Source: Lytechinus pictus (taxonomy: Eukaryota). From it: DNA of 64,000 nucleotides. The translations under genes were made by a program, and so were the position numbers. Positions within the stretch are counted from its first letter, which is position 1; the number at the start of each line of letters is the position of its first letter. Of this stretch, positions 62,389 to 64,000 are shown in pieces. The stretch lies in NCBI RefSeq assembly GCF_037042905.1, contig NC_087251.1, positions 38,504,001 through 38,568,000 on the forward strand, given 5' to 3'. Below the pieces are notes generated by a model. It had not been told where the DNA came from. It searched no databases and was given only the letters and a program-made list of their open reading frames with translations.

Positions 62389-64000
62389 GGATGATGATGG
62401 TCATGTTGATGATGATGAAGATGATGATGATGATGATGATGATTGATTAATAATGATGGAACCTAATACATATATAAATCAAAGCCTTCCAATTCCATTG
62501 CATTTCTACAGATCTTCTCGGTTGTTGATGGGGTAGTGAGACTCGACCTGTACAACACCCACGTGGAGCCCGAGCTCCACATCCAGGAGCTCCTGATCCA
62601 GATGGAGATTGCTGAGCAAGCGGAGGAGCCTCATCTCTCTAAGGTGAATCGCTTACAGAGAGAGATGGCACGGGAAGAGACGCGAAGACAGCACATCGTA
62701 CATCCCGATCAAGTACCACGGTCGTTCGAGGAAGACTCTTGGAGACAGATGAACGTTGGACAGGGTGATCAGGGGAGGCACAAGAGGAGAGGCAAGGTGA
62801 GGTGGTATCCAAATCAAAACCTTTGATTTTTTAAATCTTCTGTTTAACATAGAAGGTGGACGGTGGAAGAAGTGTTAGGTCGGATGAGCCACCTTTGTTG
62901 ATTTGGATAAGAAAATTAAAAGTTTGGACTTGCTACTAGTCTTACTACCTTTTGTGGAGCGTTGGGGCCTTGTTGATTAGTATACCGACTTTGAAGCAAG
63001 AGAATCATGGGTTCTAATCCCAGCCCCAGCATAATTTCCCTCCACAAGAAATTAATCCATGAACTGCACCAAGCAAGGTTCATGGGTACCAGCAGGAATT
63101 AATTCCTCACAAAGCTGTCAGCACCAGAATCGGTAGACTAAGCTTAGCAGGGGTAACGTAGGAGCGCCTTGAACAGCTGACAAAGTGGATATGTGCGCTA
63201 TATAAATAACCTATTTTTTGTTATGGTGGTGGTGGGTTTTTTTACTGCGTATAGTCCCTCTTTGTTATTACCTTTTGTTTATGTGGGTATTAAATGTTTT
63301 CACCCAAAAAAAAGAAGTAAAGTAGACAATGGCCCATATTCTGACGTCCAGTTTAACTATGGCATATTCCAACTCTGCTCTAATCATTGAAATATATTAT
63401 GAAATAACAATGTTTGATTTTATTTTCTTTACTGCACACTTTCCGCATGCTGTTATGGTGAAGAAAAAAAATTCTGATGTTAATTAAGTTTACTTTTTCT
63501 TCCAAGGTATATCTTCATGGTCCACACAGCCCATATGAGATCAATTTTGCCAGCATGACAAGAGTGGGTAGACTCAAGTAAGTTCTATTAATTTTATCAA
63601 ATCTTATGCTCCTTGTGATAGAGTATCATTTTGATTGAAGAAAAGTAATAAATACTTTATAAAGTATAAGACCTTTAAATACCATTTTGAATTTAATTGC
63701 AGACATAAATGAATCATCAAATAAATTTTGTGTATTTACAGATATTTTGTTCTGCAAAGCCTACATTTATTGTATTATATTTCCTTTCCTCTTTTGCCGT
63801 GATATTTCAGCCATTTCACCCATTTACATTGTTACGTCATAACAATATGTACATTGACTATTACTACTACTAGGACATGCCGAGTTGACCGCAACAGCGT
63901 GAACTCTGTAGCTCTCAGCACAGAACCAGAAGACAAACACGAGAAAATGATGGTATCATCTCATGTAGGTCTGAATCCAACAGCTACCGTCCTCCAAGCC
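10530..64000 (+). CDS. TDRD9: Tudor domain-containing ATP-dependent DExH RNA helicase (TDRD9/Spindle-E ortholog); spliced gene span, 31 exons in window, 3' end outside the window
   Basis: Spliced translation gives an N-terminal 'IDDWFKIGK', Walker A [47 protein letters not shown], an HA2 region and Tudor 'FVDYGN'. All 30 introns are GT-AG with consistent phase; 3681 coding nt in window. Confidence 0.95.
10771..11093. mobile_element. Harbinger-like MITE in intron 1
   Basis: GGGCCGATTGC...GCAATCGGCCC, ~60-bp inverted arms, CAG on both flanks. Confidence 0.8.
11199..11953 (+). mobile_element. Helentron-type non-autonomous element (HINE/DINE-like), copy 1
   Basis: T-rich target, 5' subTIR GTCTCGCCTGCA, GGC microsatellite, ~150-bp tandem core repeats, 3' subTIR TGCAGGCGAGAC, conserved 3' end. 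Confidence 0.8.
12056..13527. repeat. Interrupted inverted repeat (fold-back) in intron 1
   Basis: 12056-12132 plus 12560-12715 are the reverse complement of 12820-12923 plus 13428-13527; each arm carries a later insertion. Confidence 0.75.
12924..13428. mobile_element. Non-autonomous element with CCCGGGG...TACTCA / TGAGTACCCCC ends
   Basis: Inverted G-run/C-run ends; cleanly interrupts the right arm of the fold-back. Confidence 0.65.
13737..13873 (+). CDS. TDRD9: TDRD9 exon 2
   Basis: aag|C CCA AAG...; PKPQPVRSQSYAERYRKEWEEQQ; donor G|GTAAGG; phases 2 to 1 bridge exons 1 and 3. Confidence 0.75.
14109..15163. mobile_element. Non-autonomous hAT element
   Basis: TAGTGCTGTTGTCG...CGACAACAGCACTA; TSD ATGAGAAC/ATGAGAAT (7 of 8); subterminal TGTCGACA repeats. 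Confidence 0.85.
15314..15459 (+). CDS. TDRD9: TDRD9 exon 3
   Basis: cag|AT TTG...YNFDHTYNEELPITKHKDQ|GTAAAT; contains the LPI motif that precedes DEAH helicase cores. Confidence 0.88.
15641..16900 (+). mobile_element. tRNA-derived SINE interrupted by a hAT element
   Basis: A box TGGTCTAGTGG, B box GGTTCGAATC; core shared with the copies at 27.4 and 63.0 kb; tail resumes after 16829. Confidence 0.8.
15850..16829 (+). mobile_element. Deleted hAT-like element with a transposase zinc-finger relic
   Basis: TIR CAGAGATGCCAAC...GTTGGCATCTCTG; GTAATA on both flanks; 16349-16455 reads HAFCTICSVDISVEHGGRDDIRKHVGSKRH. Confidence 0.85.
17262..17483 (+). CDS. TDRD9: TDRD9 exon 4 (Walker A)
   Basis: [30 protein letters not shown]...[15 protein letters not shown]...VGYK|GTAATG. 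Confidence 0.95.
17884..18148. mobile_element. GGGCCC-ended palindromic MITE
   Basis: GGGCCCCATCTTACAAAGAGTT...AACTCTTTGTAAGACGGGGGCCC; same family at 47265-47537. Confidence 0.8.
18351..18569. mobile_element. GGGGTGTTGCAAGAAA MITE
   Basis: Inverted ends; same family at about 900-1116 and 60086-60305. Confidence 0.8.
18695..18908. mobile_element. Palindromic MITE
   Basis: GGGGGGTGTTTCACAAAGATT...AATCTTTGTGAAACACCCCCC. Confidence 0.8.
19003..19125 (+). CDS. TDRD9: TDRD9 exon 5
   Basis: VGMDRTTSPDTRLTYVTTGVLLQKL...HIILDE|GTATAT. Confidence 0.95.
19610..19690 (+). CDS. TDRD9: TDRD9 exon 6
   Basis: VHERDLDTDFAMLVVRKL...; completes the DEVH box across the intron. Confidence 0.95.
20140..20298 (+). 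CDS. TDRD9: TDRD9 exon 7 (SAT motif)
   Basis: VILMSATIDVSLFGEYF...YLDNLTRFGL|GTAAGA. Confidence 0.95.
20194..20849 (+). repeat. 271-bp tandem duplication containing the 3' half of exon 7 and its donor
   Basis: Units start at 20194, 20465 and 20736; the third copy is partial. Confidence 0.95.
21135..21505 (+). mobile_element. L2-type LINE 3' fragment
   Basis: Reads HWLPVSDRIHYRILVQTYKSL...FKKHLKTHL, then a GCGCTATATAAAT...TATTAT tail. Confidence 0.75.
21563..21669 (+). CDS. TDRD9: TDRD9 exon 8
   Basis: tag|VPRHRPEMMPTIYKETYDLAKNLVCNFDNMERQEQ|GTGAGG; phases fit. Confidence 0.85.
21946..23668. mobile_element. MITE split by HINE copy 2
   Basis: TGGCCCGTATTCTGAAGTC...GACTTCAGAATACGGGCCA. Confidence 0.8.
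22050..23240 (+). mobile_element. HINE/DINE-like element, copy 2 (nested in a MITE)
   Basis: Same termini and core repeats as copy 1. Confidence 0.85.
25100..25270 (+). mobile_element. tRNA-derived SINE
   Basis: A box TAGCTCAGTCG, B box GGTTCGATTCC, followed by a non-tRNA body. Confidence 0.75.
25770..25942 (-). mobile_element. tRNA-derived SINE (same family as 25100, inverted)
   Basis: Reverse-complement similarity to 25100-25270. Confidence 0.75.
27317..27372 (+). CDS. TDRD9: TDRD9 exon 9
   Basis: IPANNMVKNRGTVLVFLPG (motif IV); donor GTGAGT. Confidence 0.9.
27400..27660 (+). mobile_element. Degenerate tRNA-derived SINE
   Basis: Similar to the 15641 family (CAGCAAGAAATTTATCCACATTGTGCTGCAC core). 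Confidence 0.65.
27805..28194. mobile_element. Palindromic MITE
   Basis: TGGCCCGAATTCACAAAGGTGGTTTTGAAAACCCACGG and its reverse complement; arms about 150 bp. Confidence 0.85.
28710..28767 (+). CDS. TDRD9: TDRD9 exon 10
   Basis: GIREIQEFEKLLPGQGSKE; continues the PGxxEI motif; phases 1 to 2 fit. Confidence 0.85.
29088..29972 (+). mobile_element. HINE/DINE-like element, copy 3
   Basis: Same termini and core repeats. Confidence 0.85.
30876..32885 (-). mobile_element. 5'-truncated CR1/L2-group (Crack-like) LINE, frameshifted reverse transcriptase
   Basis: ORF pieces 32041-32817, 31574-32164 and 31272-31589 carry NYRPIS, QYGFR, DLSKAFD, YADD and FLG; AATAAA plus (TTGAA)n tail near 30880. Confidence 0.92.
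33338..35167. mobile_element. Non-autonomous hAT element with perfect 8-bp TSD
   Basis: TAGTGCTG...CAGCACTA; CATAATGA at 33330-33337 and 35168-35175; subterminal GTTCG arrays. Confidence 0.92.
35431..35573 (+). CDS. TDRD9: TDRD9 exon 11
   Basis: LVVIPLHSSITTQEQ...[21 protein letters not shown] (motif V). Confidence 0.96.
36374..36478 (+). CDS. TDRD9: TDRD9 exon 12
   Basis: VIDFMLLKCLVCDVETNYQSLQLNWASKANAQQRK|GTAATC. Confidence 0.95.
37134..37231 (+). CDS. TDRD9: TDRD9 exon 13
   Basis: GRAGRVSSGRVYRL...PEIL (motif VI). Confidence 0.95.
38053..38184 (+). CDS. TDRD9: TDRD9 exon 14
   Basis: RCPLEQLILQVKVLDLGEPKAILALALEPP...LLLKE|GTAAGA. Confidence 0.95.
38502..38664 (+). CDS. TDRD9: TDRD9 exon 15 (HA2 region)
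   Basis: VGGL...NPHDGDLTFVGSILASLPVDIRIGKLLVLGHVFGCLKECLVI. Confidence 0.95.
38864..38927 (+). CDS. TDRD9: TDRD9 exon 16
   Basis: GAGLSLKSFFSQPYKRALEAYK|GTGAGT. Confidence 0.92.
39985..40096 (+). CDS. TDRD9: TDRD9 exon 17
   Basis: SKLKWDSGSFSDPIAILNAYREW...|GTAAGG. Confidence 0.92.
40188..41183 (-). repeat. 3' LTR (996 bp)
   Basis: Direct repeat of 45595-46589; preceded on the minus strand by PPT AAGGTGGGGGATAT. Confidence 0.96.
42478..44961 (-). CDS. Gag (SCAN-like capsid, CCHC knuckle)-aspartic protease polyprotein with RT N-terminal stub, 827 aa
   Basis: REQFL..CP (SCAN-like), CYMCGSPNHLKRNC, LKDSGSSTS, DVIIG, then PIVLVRKPD..W..IDVRHLNKIT and a stop; no YxDD, RNase H or integrase. Confidence 0.93.
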   Translation of the reverse strand: MASSIEKMKEFSTLGREIGLSGGELSSFVTESMEREKEAYEREREREKEAHEREREREKEAHELRLAQIKIEQAKLEERPLEFSGIKLKVGKFDESTDSFDSYITKFELLMDSQNIPKQVRCLHLISNLTGKSLDVVNRMNSTDRTDYDRVKRELMEYFHLTDDGYRKKFRSVRPNREERPKQFAVRMKGYFDKWLDLSGVSDYDSLVDLVVREQFLDCCPREVVGFLKERNCGKLHEMVECAEIYVHAHGLHTFIGHRNDKFNPKNQNQRQNQNQKQRLSQIQNPKSVLGPQADRKPKYANSTEYNTKPNYDSGGTMYGCYMCGSPNHLKRNCPMKPIVHSAQAMSVEDTPINSVRSNKSSLHSNENFIPIGTLRSDDVASSQLKSTRFVESLAGCILIGEVPSESDASVETLGMAYEKVGAMTDMPVVSGRLLPMNKPVSVLKDSGSSTSIVRTSLVLDNQFTGVIQLVKLIDGTLRRFPRAKVMLDSPYFIGEVNALCVPNCLCDVIIGNDVKGAREPKDPDLQWVPSIDRKENIHDRMSKVDVDSSEDIRVSEVVHVQSSEVVSGSNDDRVSESDVQSSEVVSSSEDNVRVSEVSELIPKVEILDDVSSCVDEAMAVESRAQQENKYKPKQDSRVKGSGVKVKSEDFLRKQKDDLSLQALWSKMSHCQERDERNPSVDADTCNEVGDEKDMTDECIKDTHDMPGSFQRGFVNHVHDSKDEVRELSCEYQDVFTIVPKRTSVAKCKINLTSDGPVRSPPFTRVPQVVEVESMLKSRVVEPSDPSYAHPIVLVRKPDSSDWFWIDVRHLNKITVFDPGSISNELV
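45575..45591 (-). promoter_or_regulatory. Primer-binding site complementary to the tRNA-Gln 3' end
   Basis: Minus strand TGGAGGTCCCACCGAGA, 3 nt from the LTR; complement of TCTCGGTGGGACCT-CCA. Confidence 0.85.
45595..46589 (-). repeat. 5' LTR (995 bp)
   Basis: The only difference I could see from the other LTR is a poly-G run (13 vs 14). Confidence 0.96.
47265..47537. mobile_element. GGGCCC-ended MITE
   Basis: Same family as 17884-18148. Confidence 0.8.
47649..47702 (+). CDS. TDRD9: TDRD9 exon 18
   Basis: AEREWADERMIQLNPLRE|GTAAGG. Confidence 0.88.
48080..48199 (+). CDS. TDRD9: TDRD9 exon 19
   Basis: VAKLVAELEDRLSNANI...LLILK|GTCAGT. Confidence 0.9.
48214..48770. repeat. Minisatellite, 36-bp unit with 25-bp variants
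   Basis: TGACCTTTGACATYTCTTGACATTTGATATCTCTAA, about 16 copies, starting 15 bp after the exon 19 donor. Confidence 0.95.
49183..49406. mobile_element. Tc1/mariner-type MITE
   Basis: TA|CAGTTGTGCTCAAAAGTTAATGAACCCC...GGGGTTCACTAACTTTTGAGGACCACTG|TA. Confidence 0.85.
49677..49784 (+). CDS. TDRD9: TDRD9 exon 20
   Basis: VVLAGAFYPNFF...GKDPCTTVM|GTGAGT. Confidence 0.94.
50314..50414 (+). CDS. TDRD9: TDRD9 exon 21
   Basis: VKNVPPHGELYASSIGKLFQCCGKGKKLFFEDT|GTAAGT. Confidence 0.9.
50885..50959 (+). CDS. TDRD9: TDRD9 exon 22
   Basis: LFVQFERQSDYSAILPAVYHAVKMR. Confidence 0.9.
51140..51235 (+). CDS. TDRD9: TDRD9 exon 23
   Basis: HLKMPLELGVFEID...; cag/GTAATA, phase 2-2. Confidence 0.82.
52271..52358 (+). 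CDS. TDRD9: TDRD9 exon 24
   Basis: TAVSMSSGGPQQVPLPD...PTA|GTAAGT; phase 2 to 0 required by the neighbouring exons. Confidence 0.8.
52780..52887 (+). CDS. TDRD9: TDRD9 exon 25
   Basis: VVDGNRFWAHY... (start of the extended Tudor fold); donor GTAAGA. Confidence 0.9.
53307..54259 (+). mobile_element. HINE/DINE-like element, copy 4
   Basis: GTCTCACCTGCA...TGCAGGTGAGAC, core repeats. Confidence 0.85.
55595..56737 (+). mobile_element. HINE/DINE-like element, copy 5
   Basis: Very similar to copy 4 but with additional core-repeat sequence. Confidence 0.85.
58354..58479 (+). CDS. TDRD9: TDRD9 exon 26 (Tudor)
   Basis: EGDLVLAPY...YFRAKILHI; donor GTTAGT; AAG acceptor chosen by phase. Confidence 0.88.
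58612..59008. mobile_element. TTAA-flanked MITE; fragments of the same family at about 28800-29080 and 47776-47920
   Basis: End GTTACCAAAACTGGTATTTATCTTTAA and its interior match the reverse complement of the 47776 copy. Confidence 0.65.
59862..59966 (+). CDS. TDRD9: TDRD9 exon 27 (Tudor)
   Basis: VEVFFVDYGNREVI...LLNIPFQ. Confidence 0.95.
60086..60305. mobile_element. GGGGTGTTGCAAGAAA MITE
   Basis: Reverse-orientation copy of 18351-18569. Confidence 0.8.
60535..60990. repeat. Minisatellite, ~56-bp unit built from TAGACCAA subrepeats
   Basis: TAGACCAAGTGACGGTTAGTGTGT-TAGACCAATCAATGTT-TAGACCAAATTGATAA, about 8 copies. Confidence 0.9.
61565..61687 (+). CDS. TDRD9: TDRD9 exon 28
   Basis: AFECVLAGIKP...QW...FQAK|GTGAGA. 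Confidence 0.92.
61939..62258. mobile_element. PIF/Harbinger-type MITE
   Basis: TAA|AGCCCGGCGCAGACTATGCGAT...ATCGCATAGTGTGCACTGGGCT|TAA. Confidence 0.85.
62342..62458. repeat. (GAT)n microsatellite
   Basis: Imperfect GAT run upstream of exon 29. Confidence 0.9.
62512..62796 (+). CDS. TDRD9: TDRD9 exon 29
   Basis: IFSVVDGVVRLDLY...AEEPHLSKVN...RRGK|GTGAGG. Confidence 0.9.
62955..63215 (+). mobile_element. tRNA-derived SINE
   Basis: GGTTCTAATCC B-box-like site, core like the 15641 family, GCGCTATATAAAT tail. Confidence 0.7.
63507..63577 (+). CDS. TDRD9: TDRD9 exon 30
   Basis: VYLHGPHSPYEINFASMTRVGRL|GTAAGT. Confidence 0.9.
63874..64000 (+). CDS. TDRD9: TDRD9 exon 31 (runs off window)
   Basis: TCRVDRNSVNSVALSTEPEDKHEKMMVSSHVGLN...; open to the window end. 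Confidence 0.88.

Overview
AT-rich, repeat-dense animal genomic DNA. The repeat families suggest an echinoderm such as a sea urchin, but that is inference. The window holds most of one long + strand gene, a TDRD9/Spindle-E-type DExH RNA helicase with a Tudor domain (piRNA pathway). I traced 31 GT-AG coding exons from ATG 10530 to the window end. Their splice phases are mutually consistent and give about 1227 codons without a stop; the gene continues past 64000. Its introns and upstream region are packed with mobile DNA: a very young 6.4-kb Gmr1-like LTR element inserted antisense (near-identical LTRs, AACCT target duplication, tRNA-Gln primer site, open Gag-protease ORF, integrase and most of RT absent), a 5'-truncated CR1/L2-group LINE, five Helentron-type (HINE/DINE-like) elements, several hAT, piggyBac, Harbinger, Tc1 and Kolobok-like non-autonomous elements (some nested), long fold-back elements, tRNA-derived SINEs and minisatellites. 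There are also local tandem duplications that copy TDRD9 splice sites. Most ORFs in the supplied track are spurious.
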